DNA of 64,000 bases from Eledone cirrhosa. Taxonomy: Eukaryota. The notes under the pieces were generated by a model, which worked only from the letters and a program-made list of their open reading frames with translations, was not told where the DNA came from and did not search any database. Shown one piece after another: positions 1 to 14,967 of the stretch. The stretch covers positions 8,804,001-8,868,000 of the forward strand of contig OZ024754.1 of the NCBI GenBank assembly GCA_964016885.1, written 5' to 3'. A program made the translations under genes and the position numbers. Numbering within the stretch: position 1 is the stretch's first letter; every line of letters starts with the position of its first letter.

Positions 1-338
1 GGTCTAACTGGATCAAACCTGTAGTAAAACTATCCCTAGGAGAAATATTATATCTACCTGGTGTATCTATTAAGTCCTTATGTTTCAGGATGATGCAAAG
101 TTACTAATGTTATACATTTTATTACAGTAGATTTTGGCAGGATTTCAACTCAGAACGTAAAGGGAAGTAACTCTATGCCATGAATAATAATTATTTCTAC
201 TTTTGGCACAAGGCCAGCAATTATCCCAGTGCATTACTGATACTTTATTTTATCGACCCCATAAGGATGAAAGGCAAAGTTAACCCTGGTGAGATTTGAA
301 CTCAGACCATAATAATAAATAGTAAATGTAAAAATATG

Positions 339-371
<33 letters not shown>

Positions 372-2116
372 GAGGAAAGTGAGACCAAACAAAACAAAAC
401 CAAAAATGAAATGCAATAGTAAGATGTGAGTTCTATCAACACTGGTGGAATTCCACAAGTTCTAAAAAACTCATTCCGTAGATATGCTAGTTTGGCAGAC
501 CTAACCATGGCATCTTCTATCTTCAGAATTCATCTCAGATTCCAACCAAACATGACACAATCTCACCAACTTGTTCTCTACTATGTAGTAGCTTTCTTCT
601 TAACCCCCTCATACACCCATCCCCTCTTTGTTGTTGCTGTTCCAGTTTACTTAAGTTATGTTATGTTATGCCACATGTAAAGATAGAAAGAAAGGAAAAA
701 AAATAGGAGGGTTGAAAGAGAAGGGGGGAAGGGGATGAGGGGAAGGGGATGAGGGGAGATGGGTGGAGGGGAAGGGAAGGAGGGAAGGGGAAGACCACCT
801 TAATGTTTTTGGCTTGCATGAAAACAGAAACACTATATTTCATGAGGTAACATTTTAAATATGTTCTTGAGTGTGTGCAATGGCAGAGAGAGAGAGAGAG
901 AGGAGAGAGAGAGGGAGGGAGAGCGAGTGAGCATATGCGTGTGTGTATCATCATCACCGTTTAACATTCCTTTTTCCACACTAGCATGGGTTAAATGGCA
1001 TATCCCGTTGTGAGACAAGTCAGATCAGATGACCGTGTCTTGCTCATATACAGAACCGTTTCTGGCTTGGTTTCTACAGCAGTGCCCATGTCTAGTGAAT
1101 AGGAGAGAAGTAAGGAGCTATCCTCAACTCAGAGACATGGTCCAAATACTTGCACCGAAGTAGCCTATGCTACAGGTACTCAAGGTGGCAAGAGGCAATG
1201 TTAAATTGGGCGACAAGTTAAGTCTACCTACCAAACAAGAACTCAGAATCCAAATAGGCCAGAACAAGATTTGAATTCGGAACACAAAAAGCTCCAACAA
1301 ATACAAGGCCCTTGTTCTCTGGCCAAATGATTTTGTTAATTTCTTGCTTATGGGTTTTAATATATGTATTAACTCTTTTGATACCAAACTATCTGAAAAA
1401 CATTCTTGATTTATGATACAAAACAGCCCATTTTAAATGTTTTATCCTCATATTAAAAAATTCCATCATAAGTTTATTTGAGTAAAAGAATATCAACCCT
1501 TTATACTGGAGGCATGTGGCCTAGTGGTAAGGGCGTTGGACTTACGATCATAATGTTGTGGGTTTGATTCCTGGGTTGGGTGTTGTGTTCTTGAGCAAAA
1601 CACTTCATTTCACGTTGCTCCAGTATACTCAGTTGCAAATGAATACCAGCAGTAGCTGGAGGTTTAACACTGCAATGGACTGGCGTCCTGTCCGGGTGGG
1701 TGCGGTGGGTGGGTGGGTGGGGGGTTGTCTTGTACTCTCAGTCACTTCACGCCATGAAACTGGGATAAGCACTGGCCAAATGAGCCTTCTGGCTTAAGAC
1801 AGACTTTAGACTTTAGATATATACTATGGGAGCAATGTGAAATAAGGTGCCACCGGGAATCAAAATCACGCCCTTATGAATGTGAGCTAAACAGCCTATC
1901 CACTAAGCCATGTACCCTCCCACATACAAAATAAAAATGATAATTACATCACACAGTAAAGGAAACAAAAATATATAAACAAATATGACTAATCACTGAT
2001 TGAGTAAAATTATAATTGAAATGATGAGGTTATTAAAATGTTTATTGTTACTCTTATGTTTATATCTGTGATGAGCAGCAGCGCAGCACTAGCAGCAGCA
2101 CTGCCAGTAGCACTGC

Positions 2117-3175
2117 ACCACCACCATCACTACTACCACCACCACCACTACCACCACCACCATCACCACTACTGTCCCCACCACCACCATCACCATCACT
2201 ACTACCACAATCACCATCACCACTACCACTACTATCCCCACCACCACCATCACTACTACCACAATCACCATCACCACTACTGTCCCCACCACCACCACCA
2301 TCACCATCACTACTACCACAATCACCATCACCACTACCACTACTATCCCCACCACCACCATCACTACTACCACAATCACCATCACCACTACTGTCCCCAC
2401 CACCACCATCACCATCACTACTACCACAATCACCATCACCACTACCACTACTATCCCCACCACCACCATCACTACTACCACAATCACCATCACCACTACT
2501 GTCCCCACCACCACCACCATCACCATCACTACTACCACAATCACCATCACCACTACCACTACTATCCCCACCATCACCATCACTACTACCACCACCACCA
2601 TCACCACTACTATCCCCACCACCACCATCACTACTACCACAATCACCATCACCACTACTGTCCCCACCACCACCATCACTACTACCACAATCACCATCAC
2701 CACTACTGTCCCCACCACCACCACCACTACTACCACAATCACCATCACTACTACCACAATCGCCATCACCACTACTGTCCCCACCACCACCATCACCACT
2801 ACCACAATCACCATCACCACTACTGTCCCCACCACCACCACCACTACCACTGTCACCACCACTACCACCACCACCACCCCTACTACCCCACCACCACCAT
2901 CACTACTACCACAATCGCCATCACCACTACTATCCCCACCACCACCATCACCACTACCACAATCACCATCACCACTACTGTCCCCACCACCACCATCACC
3001 ACTACTATCCCCACCACCACCATCACTACTACCACAATCACCATCACCACTACTATCCCCACCACCACCATCACCACTACTGCCCCTCCCCACCCCTACT
3101 ACCCCACCACCACCATCCCTACTACCCCACCACCACCATCCCCACTACCACTGCCCCTCCCCACCTCCACTACCA
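2117..3175. repeat. (CAC/CAT/TAC)n compound microsatellite; similar tracts at 7428-8162 and 15018-15264
   Basis: Direct inspection. It explains the His-, Thr- and Val-rich ORFs. Confidence 0.95.
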
Positions 3176-3940
3176 TGGCTGTTGACTTTTATACAACTTC
3201 AATTTAAAGTAATATGATTTGCATATCAACATTACCGACAGCTTTGATTATATTAGAGACAATAACTTCATTATTGGAACAATTTGCAATCATACAAGGC
3301 TATTTTTTTAATGTGTTTGTGTGTGTATATGTGTGTGTGTTTGTGTGTGTATATATGTGTGTGTTTGTTTGTGTATATATGCATATGTGTGTTTGAGAGT
3401 ATGTGCTTGTGTGTATATATGTGTGTGTGTGTTTGTGTATATATGTGTATGTGTTTGAGAGTATGTGCTGGTGTGTATATGCATATGTGTGTTTGAGAGT
3501 ATGTGCTTGTGTGTATATGTGTTTGAGAGTATGTGCTTGTGTGTATATGTGTTTGCGAGTATGTGCTGGTGTGTATATGTGCTTGAGAGTATGTGCTTGT
3601 GTATACATATGTATGTATGTTTGTTTGAGTATGTGCTGGTGTGTATATGCATATGTGTGTTTGAGAGTATGTGCTGGTGTGTATATGTGCTTGTGTGTAT
3701 ATGCGTATGTGTGCTTGAGAGTATATGCTTATGTATACATATGTATGTTTGTTTGTTTGAGTATGTGCTGGTGTGTATATGCGTATGCGTGCTTGAGAGT
3801 ATATGCTTATGTATACATATGCATGTATGTTTGTTTGAGAGTATGTGCTTATGTATATATGTGTATGTGTGTTTGAGAGTATGTGCTTGTGCGTATATGC
3901 GTATGTGTGTTTGAGTGTATATGCGTATGCGTGTTTCAGA

Positions 3941-3994
<54 letters not shown>

Positions 3995-4161
3995 ATTTGT
4001 GTTTGGCATCTGGGGAAAATGTCTTTACATAACTTTGGGCCAACAGAAAACTTTTTGAATGGAATTACATAGATGGGGGTGGTGAAGGCAGTGCTCCAGA
4101 ATGGGTCACAGTCTCATGACCGAAACCAGTGAAAGATTAGAAAGTAGAAATGTCAACTTAC

Positions 4162-4381
4162 TGGATAAGTGACTCCCTGGAAGACACGGATGGCTGCCTG
4201 AACTACAAGTTGGAGTGAGTGGCGCTCCATCTCGCCCTTTTTGACGTGTCTCTTCAGACAGAGTCCGCTGCAACCTTCGATAGCCGTAGTGTAAAGCCAG
4301 TGGGAGATCCTCCCGAGACTTTCTTTGAAGTGTCGATGGGGATGGAAGTGGGGACTGTGAAGAAGGAGTGCCATAATCTGA
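4162..4381 (-). CDS. Internal coding exon of an unidentified multi-exon host gene (SDYGTPSSQSPLPSPSTLQRKSREDLPLALHYGYRRLQRTLSEETRQKGRDGAPLTPTCSSGSHPCLPGSHLS)
   Basis: GC-richer unique island bounded on the minus strand by a polypyrimidine acceptor (TTTTCTTTTTGTTTTCAG, AG at 4383-4382) and a consensus donor CCA|GTAAGT (4161-4156). It is 220 nt, phase 0 to phase 1, and open. The Ser/Pro-rich peptide has an RxxS-type kinase motif (RRLQRTLSEE). Confidence 0.75.
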
Positions 4382-4589
4382 CTGAAAACAAAAAGAAAAA
4401 AAAATAGAGAAATAAATTATAAAAATTATAAAAATTATAAAAAATAGAGAAAATAATAAAGAGACTGAATCCTACATAGATTATAATAATTACTGGTTGA
4501 AAACATAAAACATATAATGTAAATTATTGTGTACAGTACTCAGGTGCACTGCAACTCATCAAAGGTACATGTATAGTACATAGAATAAT

Positions 4590-4775
4590 TGTTTCTACAT
4601 TTGGCACAAGGCCAGCATTTATCCCAGTGCATTACTGGTACTTTATTTTAACGAACCCCGTAAGGATGAAAGGCAAAGTTAACCTCGGCGGGATTTGAAC
4701 TCAGACCAGAAAGGGCCGTAACTCTATGCTGCAAAGCATGGCGTCAGACCCTCTACCGATACTGCCAATCCACCA
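4590..4775 (-). mobile_element. SINE family 1 inserted into a CR1 3' end
   Basis: TSD ATAGTACATAGAATAAT/ATAGCACATGGAATAAT, with the empty site visible at about 6037-6060. Further copies lie at 190-308, 16905-17080, 31265-31375, 31990-32092, 33826-33995, 34055-34360, 56485-56660 and 57834-58018. Confidence 0.85.
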
Positions 4776-5200
4776 TAGCACATGGAATAATGTACAAATG
4801 TCAGGAAAGTGAACAGTGTATGAGTCGTGATACACACAGATACATGTGTGTATGGAGGGGAATTATTATTATTATTATTAATTCATGCTTTTTTATCACC
4901 AATACAAGACTAAGAAAGAAATTAAAAACAAGATCATACTAACATATTTAGAGTCAATAGAATATCAGTGAAGTAAAAACCAGAGCACAAATTATTGGAG
5001 GGGCTTAAGCCCTAAAACCCCTTAAGAAACAGGTTTATATACACACTGTTACTAAACTTTTCATCTCAATTTTATGTAAGAACCTTTGTTAAGTTATGTT
5101 CCAGACACTAGTTTAACCCTTTTGATAACAAACGGACTTAAAATGTTTATATTCATCTAAAAATCTTTCACAATAATTTTATGAAAGAACCTTTCTTAAG

Positions 5201-5367
5201 TGTGATAAACAAATAACTTCAGGTGTGACAAATAAGCCCAGGTGTGATAAACAAATAAGCCCAGGTGTGATAAACAAATAAGCCCAGATGTGATAAACAA
5301 ATAAGCCCAGATGTGATAAACAAATAAGCCCAGATATGATAAACAAATAAGCCCAGGTGTGATAAAC
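5201..5367. repeat. 23-bp tandem repeat (about 7 units)
   Basis: Unit TGTGATAAACAAATAAGCCCAGG. Confidence 0.9.
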
Positions 5368-5984
5368 AGAGACAAGTCATCTTACAAAATCCCAGATTCT
5401 ATCTGTCGATGATCTGACATATTGTCTTCTTAACAATCAACCAGAATCTTGCCACCTTAACTAAGTGGTGAGCTGAGACTATATGTAAACTGTTGGTCTA
5501 CCACAGGTAAGATTCCCAGATATTCTGGTACCTATTACTGACTGCTAGGTGAACTGAGAATGTTGCTGTCACACCTAACATTTCCAGAATGATCTGATAC
5601 CTATTTCACCAGTTAGATGGACACAGACAATACACAATGCTTGTTGGCCCATCCCAGGTAATTATTCCATGATGATCTGGTATTTGTTCCTTTCTCAATA
5701 TCAATGAAACGAGACAATATACAATGCTACTGGTCTATTACAGGTAACATTCCCAGATGCTCTGATACCTGTACACTTCACCGTAATTTAGGTGAACTGC
5801 AATGCAATGCAGAATATGATATTCAGATGAGAAACAATGAAGACACCTGGAAGAAATTTGAACACCTAACCTATGAGAAGAGGTCATCTAGCCAGGATAG
5901 GCAACAGGTTGTAAAACATTGTCTTAAACCCTCCCAGCCAATCCCATACCGACATAGGAAGGTGGACATAATAACAATAATAAT

Positions 5985-6253
5985 GAAATTATTGGCTACA
6001 GTGCTCAAGTACACTACAACTCATCAAAGGTGCATGTATAGTACATAGAACAATGTACAAATGTCAGGAAAGTGAACAGTGTATGAGTCATGATATACAC
6101 ACAGATGCATGTGTGCAAGGGTTACTTAGGTGGAATATCAGGTGTGGTGTTGGCAAATTTCAGGAAGCATGGAAGTTTTGAAGGATGCAGTGTGCCGACA
6201 CCTAACAACTGATGCAGCTAGTTTGTTCCATGCTTCAGCAACCCTGAGAGTGA
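5985..6253 (-). mobile_element. 3' end of a CR1-group LINE; second copy at 4525-4860 split by a SINE
   Basis: RVAEAWNKL..SVV.CR.TASFKTSM plus a 3'UTR shared with 4525-4860. Confidence 0.65.
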
Positions 6254-6691
6254 CCCCTGTCTAACCCATGCTAGTGTGGAAAATGGACATTAAACAATGA
6301 TGAGGATGATAATACACATATACTGACACCAATTCCTCCAAATACACACCCTTTTTTTACCCCAAAAATAGAAAGGTTCTTCATCAATAGTGACATAGAT
6401 AGCAAAGGGTATTTCTTTTCTTTTTTTAAATGTTAATGAAATCACAATAAAAGGTTAGATGATACTGTTTTAAATTGTGATGAACAATTATTACTTAACT
6501 AATTAAATGTTAACGAGTGTTACCGATCAGATATTGACCCCTTGTTACCACATCACATGGCGCCATCTCATATATATACACATGCACACATATACACTGG
6601 GATATATACACACACATATACATATAACAGTCAAAACACACATGCTCTGAGAAACACAACCATCTAGATATGCACACACATACACTTGGAC

Positions 6692-6742
<51 letters not shown>

Positions 6743-8374
6743 TATAATCACATATACACACCAGGATATATATATATATATATATATATATACCTACACT
6801 CATATATATACATTGGGATATACATATATATACCCACACTCACATATATACACTGAGATATACATATATATACCTACACTTACATATATACACATATATA
6901 CCTACACTTACATATATACACTGGAATATACATATACACACTTACACACACATATACACACTGAGACATACATATATATACCTACACTTACATATATACA
7001 CATATATACCTACACTTACATATATACACTGGAATATACATATACACACTTACACATACATATATACATATATATATACCTACACTTACATATATACACT
7101 GGGATATACATATACACACTGAGACATACACATACACACTGAGACATACATATATATATACCTACACTCACATATATACAACCATGTAGAAGACACAAAT
7201 GCACTGAGACACAGATATACACACAGACAGACAAAAGCTCAGACAGGTCCTCACCACCAACACCACCCTCCCATACCACACCAGACTATTGTATTTCATG
7301 TCAGTCACACATCATGTGACTTCCAGACTTGTGAACAACAATATCAACAACATTGGACAGGACAACTACTGAATATACTCACAAAAGTATAGCAGTAACA
7401 AAAACAATATCAACTCTTCACTATATCATTACTACCACTACCACCACCACCACTACTACCACCACCACCACTGCGACTACTATCACTACCACCACAACCA
7501 ACACCACTATCACCACCACCACTACCACCACCACCACCACTGCGACTACCACCACCACCACTGTCACCACTACCACCACCACTACTACCACCACCACCAC
7601 CACTGCGACTACTACTACCACCACCACTGCGACTACTACCACAGCCACCACCACCACCACCACCACCACCACCACCACTGCGACTACTATCACTATCACC
7701 ACTACCACCACCACCACCACCACTGCGACTACTATCACTATCATCACCACCACAACCAACACCACTGTCACCACTACCACCACCACTACTACCACCACTG
7801 CGACTACTACCACCACCACCACAACCAACACCACTATCACCACCACCACCACTGTCACCACTACCACCACCACTGCGACTACTATCACTACCACCACTAT
7901 CATCACCACCACAGCCAACACCACTATCACCACCACCACCACTGTCACCACTATCACCACCACCACCACTATCATCACCACCACCACGACCACCACTGCC
8001 ACTACTATCACTACCACCATTACCATCACTGCCACCACCATATCACTACCACTACTGTCACCACCACCACAACCAACACCACTATCACCACCACCATAAA
8101 CACCACCACTATCACCACCACCATAAACAACACCACTATCACCACCACCATAAACAACACCACATAATTATCTTGTTGTTGTTGTTGTTGTTGTTGTTTT
8201 GCTCCTATGATTTTCAAATAATTTTCATTATGAAGAATTTGAAGGAATTTAATAATATAACTAGCTTTCTCATTATATTTGTCTGGTGATTGGAGCTGAA
8301 CAAACATCTTTACAAAAAATTATGGCAGAAGGATTTTTAGACAAATATAAACACTTTAAAACAAACAGCTTTGT

Positions 8375-8410
<36 letters not shown>

Positions 8411-8411
<1 letters not shown>

Positions 8412-8616
8412 CGGAGGAAATGTGGTAAGGAACCAGGTGGACCATAACGCACCAAAGTACTCAATACTTAGGGTAGTAGAGTGGGTAATAGGAACGAGTA
8501 GGACCCGACGGCTGAGCTCAAGCCGTTTCGACGGCTAATTCTGGACGGCTAATTCAGTCCAGAATTAGCCGTCGAAACGGCTTGAGCTCAGCTGTCGGGG
8601 GTCCTACTCGTTCCTA
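8411..8616 (-). mobile_element. Fold-back element family A, copy 1 (palindrome centred on a hammerhead stem II)
   Basis: Arms of about 58 bp at 8489-8546 and 8557-8616, plus a single-copy tail of about 80 bp. Flanked by (TA)n on both sides. Confidence 0.75.
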
Positions 8617-9395
8617 TATATATATATATATATATATATACCCCGGGGTAGTTTCAGGTGGTTTTGTATCAATAGTATTAATAAAAATAGATAATTATTC
8701 CTGAAACTTATTGAACACAAGTATTTTTTCACAATTCCCAATAAAAGTTTAAGTCTAAAGACTGTCTTGAGGCCAGAGGTTCATCAGTCTGGTGCTTAAC
8801 TTGGTTTCTGTGGCATTAAGTGACTGAGAGTACAAGACTTCCCCCTGGACAGGACACCAGTCCATCACAGAAATAAACTCCCAGCTATAGCTGGTACCCA
8901 TTTTCAGATGAGTATACTGGAGCAATGTGAAATAAAAAGTTTTGCTCAAGAACACAACACACAGCCCAGTTCAGGAATTAAACCCACGACATTATGATCA
9001 TACATCCAACACCCTTACCACTAAGCCATGCTACAAAGCCTGGGGTAAACTTAAAAGCGAACCTCCCCCACCCCCCAATCCTTAGCATCAACTGAATGAA
9101 TAGCTTCTAAATATCCTTCCCCGTGCACCTCTGTTAATCATGATAATAAATAAAAGGCTTTGTTATCAGAGAACCAGGTACGGTTGCAGTTGATTTGGTA
9201 TACTAACCTTATCTATCAAAGGGGGAAAGTCTGCCTGAAGCCCCCCACCCCCATCAACATAATCTCCCCCAAAATACTTTGTTATTCCATCTACCAACAT
9301 TGCCCTTATCAGTTTAATTATGAAAGCCAGAAAGCCAACATAGAATGGTTGTATCATCCACTGTAATCACAAATTGTCTGCCAAACTTACACCCC

Positions 9396-9769
<374 letters not shown>

Positions 9770-9915
9770 CTATATATATATATATGCTACTGCAATGCGT
9801 TTGTACTTTGAGCTTGAAATTTGAAATTTAATAAACCCAAACAGATAATAAGACCTATATATGTAGAGATAGAATAATTTCAAATAAAAATAACTGACAT
9901 GAAAGACTTCAAATA

Positions 9916-9964
<49 letters not shown>

Positions 9965-9968
<4 letters not shown>

Positions 9969-10151
9969 AACGAGTAGGACCCCGACGGCTGAGCTCAAGC
10001 CGTATCGACAGCTAATTCCAGAATTAGCCGTCGAGACGGCTTGAGCTCAGCCGTCGGGGTCCTACTCATTCCTATTACCCACTCTACTACCCTAAGTATT
10101 GAGTACTTTGGTGCGTTATGGTCCACCTGGTTCCTTACCACATTTCCTTCG

Positions 10152-10152
<1 letters not shown>
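9965..10152 (+). mobile_element. Fold-back element family A, copy 2
   Basis: Homologous to 8411-8616 in the opposite orientation, with a shortened loop and GAAA changed to GAGA. Flanked by (TA)n. Confidence 0.75.
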
Positions 10153-10201
<49 letters not shown>

Positions 10202-10266
10202 GAAGTATTTCCGTCAGACAGGTACAGGAAAAAAGAGTGCTCTATGTAGGCTACAGAGCTTATTAC

Positions 10267-10391
10267 TTATGTAATAAACAACATAAGATAATTATTTCAT
10301 TTACCAGTGGTTTCTTGAAGGCAGATGTTATGTCTGTCTTCAAGAAACCACTGGTAAATGAAATAATTATCTTATGTTGTTTATTACATAA
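10267..10391. repeat. 125-bp near-perfect palindrome (fold-back family B)
   Basis: Arms of about 60 bp. GTTTC(10310)-stem-loop-GAAAC(10344)-CACTG-GTA corresponds to the 3' half of a hammerhead. Confidence 0.75.
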
Positions 10392-11202
10392 ATAAATAAA
10401 TATATATATATACACACATACACACACAATATGTATATACACACATACACACACAATATGTATATACACACACTGCACTGATAATATCAATGACAACAAT
10501 AATAATAGTAATAGTTTCTACTATAGACACAAGGCCAATGGTTGGGGGGGGGGGGGAGAAAGTTGATAAAATAGACTCCAGTGTGTTACTGGTACTTTAT
10601 TTTTGTGACCCCTCTAAGGATAAAAGTAATGAATACACACACACAGACATGTATAGACATACATACACATATACAGACACACAGACATACATACACACAT
10701 ATAGACATACATACACATACACACACTCAGACACACATACAGATACACACATACACATACACACACTCAGACACACATACAGACACACATACATACATAC
10801 ACACATATATATATATATACAGACTCATACATACATGCACAAACATATATACACACATACACACAAAAACAGACCCCCAACCCCGATAAAAAGAACCACA
10901 CCTTTTTATGTTTAGAATAGTAGTAGTAAAAAATATATATAAAAACAATATAAATTTGAGACATATGGGGGAGGGGAGGAGAAAGAAAGGGAGAGAAGGA
11001 GAGAAATAGAGGGAGTGTGGGAGGGAGGGGGACAGGAGGAGAAAGAAAGGGAGAGGAGGAGAGAAAAGAGAGAGCGAAGAGAAAGAGAGAGAGAGAAGAG
11101 AGAAAGAGAGAGAGAGAGAGGAAGAGAGAGGAAGAAAGCGAGAGAGAGAGGAAGCGAGAGAGAGAGAGAGAGAGAGAGAGGAAGAGAGAGGAAGAAAGTG
11201 AG

Positions 11203-11233
<31 letters not shown>

Positions 11234-11809
11234 GGAGAGAGAGAGGGGAGAGAGAGAGAGAGAGGGGAGAGAGAGAAACAGAGAGGGAGGAAGAAAGAGA
11301 GATTTACTGAAAGGAATTAACAGAAAACAGAAAACCCAGGACAGTTGAAAAAAGAATATTCAAAGAATTTTTTTTATATTTTGAGTGAAAGTATTAGACA
11401 GATTAAATTACTATGGGCCTGACAAATATATATATAGCCACATTCCTTTCATAATGTTTGTTATACAGACAGACATGTGGTGAGAGTGGACATTATATAA
11501 GCTGGTACTCTGTCGGTTATGACAAAGAGTGTTCTAGTTGATATGATCAAAGGAAAAGCCTGCTCGTGAAATTAAAGTGCAAGTGGCTGAGCATTCCACA
11601 GATACGTAGTTTTCAGGGAGATTCGGCATGTCACAGAATGTGACAAGGCTGGCCCTTTGAATTACAGGTACAAACTCATTTTTGCCAGCTGAGTGGATTG
11701 GAGCAATGTGAAATAAAGTGTCTTGCTCAAGGACACAACGCTCAGCTGGGAATCAAACTCATGACCTTACAATTGAGATCTGAATAGCCTATCCAGAAAG
11801 CTAAGCACC

Positions 11810-11849
<40 letters not shown>

Positions 11850-11966
11850 CACACACATCATCATCATCATTGTTTAACGTCTATCTTCCATGCTAGCATG
11901 GGTTAGACGGTATATATGCAGTGTGTCCCAAAAATGTATATATATATCTATTAGAATGCTGTTGAA

Positions 11967-12007
<41 letters not shown>

Positions 12008-12368
12008 CAAATGTCCATGTGTGTTCATTCATCTTTATATATATATTTATTTATTTATACTTGTCTCTAATCATCAGAATTTAGGAAATATTGAATTACT
12101 GGTAAATGGTGTCATGGGAATGGAATAAGGAATTCTTTACGTTTGCTGCTGTTAATTCATTTAGTAACTAGTTTTTTTTATTTTTAATGAGTTCCAATGA
12201 AAATTACTAGAAGCTAACAAAGCTGAAACACTTCACACAAGTGTGTATGTGAACATGTATGTATGTATGTATGTATGTATGTATATGTGTATCTCTAGTG
12301 AGGGCTCTAGGCTTAGAGATTAGGATGTTCAGTTCATGATAGCAAGGTTCATTCCATTCTGTTTTATA

Positions 12369-12436
<68 letters not shown>

Positions 12437-13223
12437 ATGATATTAATAAATGGAAACTATATTTATAAAACCATACTATTGTATATATTTCAAGGGTACC
12501 AACACTTTGGTACGCTCTCATCAGATAAAATACAAAATTTGTTTTATAAAGAGTGACATATCCATGGCAGATGTCCATTGGGATCAAGCTAGGCTTGGCC
12601 TGGCCCAAGTGAGACTGGTGGATAGAAACACATGGAGTGGGACGCTAAGGAGCGCCATGAGGCATGACCTACTTCTACCTTGGGATTAATTGTGTCCTGA
12701 ATAATCAAAAACTGGATGATGATGATGATGATGATGACTGCTCTGTAAAATTGCACTTCGTACACAGGGATTATTTCATCTCCCATTACTTAGTTTTACA
12801 GGTCAAACAAGTACTTTCCAGGCATTATTTCAGGTACATCTAGTAGCAATATAGTAGAAAATCTAGAAAATCTCAAATGCTGGAAAATAGCTCTGAACAC
12901 AGCTTGAAAATTGGGTAAGATACCCTTATTCTCATATTTTTGATGTGTGTATCATGTATCTGGTTTGGAACAGACACACTGTATCCTGGCATCCTATAAG
13001 AGGAAATAGGCATCAAGTCAGGTTAGCGCCAGGAATGGCAACGTACATACATGGAGTTGAAAAAAATAAAAGCTTCTTCTTCTCTTATTATATATATATA
13101 TATATATATAGACATTTTTTTTTTCCGTAGAATTTTTGTTCAACATATTCTGCTGAATAAACAAAACTTCTCAGACCTAGTTAATGGTGAACCTTAGTTT
13201 CTAATCTACGTTTCTTTGCCACT

Positions 13224-13262
<39 letters not shown>

Positions 13263-13505
13263 GCTTTGGTCTCTTCTATTTACTTTAGTTGCTTCTACAG
13301 TTCTACTGTAATTATATCTAGCTAAATTACTGCCCCCTTCCCCTGCCCCCAAAGGAATGCCATGCATCTAGAGTGTATTTAAATATGTATATATGTAGGC
13401 AAGCATATTTACACACAGACCAACACACACACATACATATATATATATAAACATACACACACACTCATATATATAATATATATATATTTCCATATACATA
13501 CACAG

Positions 13506-13568
<63 letters not shown>

Positions 13569-13776
13569 CACACATGCATACACACACGGATATAGGGTGG
13601 ACTGGGTGCCTTTTGTCATGTCACCTGCACTACGACCTTACAAGGTGAACTGGGCGCCTTTCGTCGTGGCACAGAATCAACCACCATTACAGCGTGGAGT
13701 GGGCGCTTTTTATTGTGGCACCTGTACAGGGTGGACTGGGTGCCTTTTATTGTGACATCTGCACTACCACCTTACA

Positions 13777-14218
13777 GGAGGTTTTAAAGGATGCAGTGTC
13801 TCGTCAGCTAACAACTGATGTAGGTAGTTTGTTCCATGGAGGTTTTAAAGGATGCAGTGTGTCGACAGCTAACAACTGATGCAGGTAGTTTGTTCCATGG
13901 AGGTTTTAAAGGATGCAGTGTGTCGACAGCTAACAACTGATGCAGGTAGTTTGTTCCATGGAGGTTTTAAAGGATGCAGTGTGTCGACAGCTAACAACTG
14001 ATGCAGGTAGTTTGTTCCATGGAGGTTTTAAAGGATGCAGTGTCTCGACAGCTAACAACTGATGTAGGTAGTTTGTTCCATGGAGGTTTTAAAGGATGCA
14101 GTGTCTCGTCAGCTAACAACTGATGCAGGTAGTTTGTTCCAAGCTTCAGCAACTCTGAGTGTGAAAAAAATGTTTCCGAAAGTCCTGGGAGCTGTGCTGT
14201 TTTCTGACTTTGTAGGTA
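13777..14218 (-). repeat. Six tandem 61-bp units derived from the ORF2 C-terminus of a CR1-group LINE
   Basis: Each unit encodes WNKLP(A/T)SVVSCR(D/H)TASFKTSM on the minus strand. A single-unit homologue lies at about 6165-6250. Confidence 0.8.
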
Positions 14219-14931
14219 AAAAGGCTCCCAGTCCACACTGTAAATGTGGTTGGTGTTAGGAAACCCTGCCAAAAATAGTTCTGTATGAGTGAGACACGGT
14301 CTCCCGACCAATCTCGCCTCAAGTGGGACAAAACTGTCCAACCCATGTTAGCATGGAAGATGGACGTTAAACGATGATGATGATGATAATAATACATATA
14401 TATATGTATATATGCACATATATATATATATATATAAATATATATTATATACATATATATACATATACATATATATTATATACATATATATACAAATGCA
14501 CATATATATATATATATACATATATATTATATACATATATATACAATACATACATATATATTATATACATATATATGTATAATATACGATAGGCTTGTAC
14601 AACTTCCAGCTACCAAATTCACTGAAAGGTGATTGGTGAAGCGAAGGCTATAGTAGAAGACATTAGATCGAGGTGGTGCACTGCGGGAACAAGCCCCAAA
14701 CCAATGCCATGTGGTTGCAAAACAAATAGCCATGCCTTGTACCTATGTATTAAAATATAAACGAGGACACTGAGTAAGGAAAGTGTCTGGTGAAACCCTC
14801 CCCCTCTGCCTCGTCTTCCTCTTCCTACTAGGACACTGCCATACACTGAAGATTGTAATTACCAAGTAATCTCGAACATTTACTGACTAGTCACCAATCA
14901 GAGTGGCTTAAGAAGAGAATAACAGGAAGGA

Positions 14932-14967
<36 letters not shown>

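Noticed and set aside
2038-3207. 389-aa His/Thr-rich ORF
   Set aside because: It is a translation of a trinucleotide compound microsatellite, open on both strands, with no other gene evidence.
4162-4200. AIRVFQGVTYP resemblance to the SLC17 motif RILQGLVEGVTYP
   Set aside because: It needs a gap and the surrounding peptide lacks transmembrane character, so it is probably chance.
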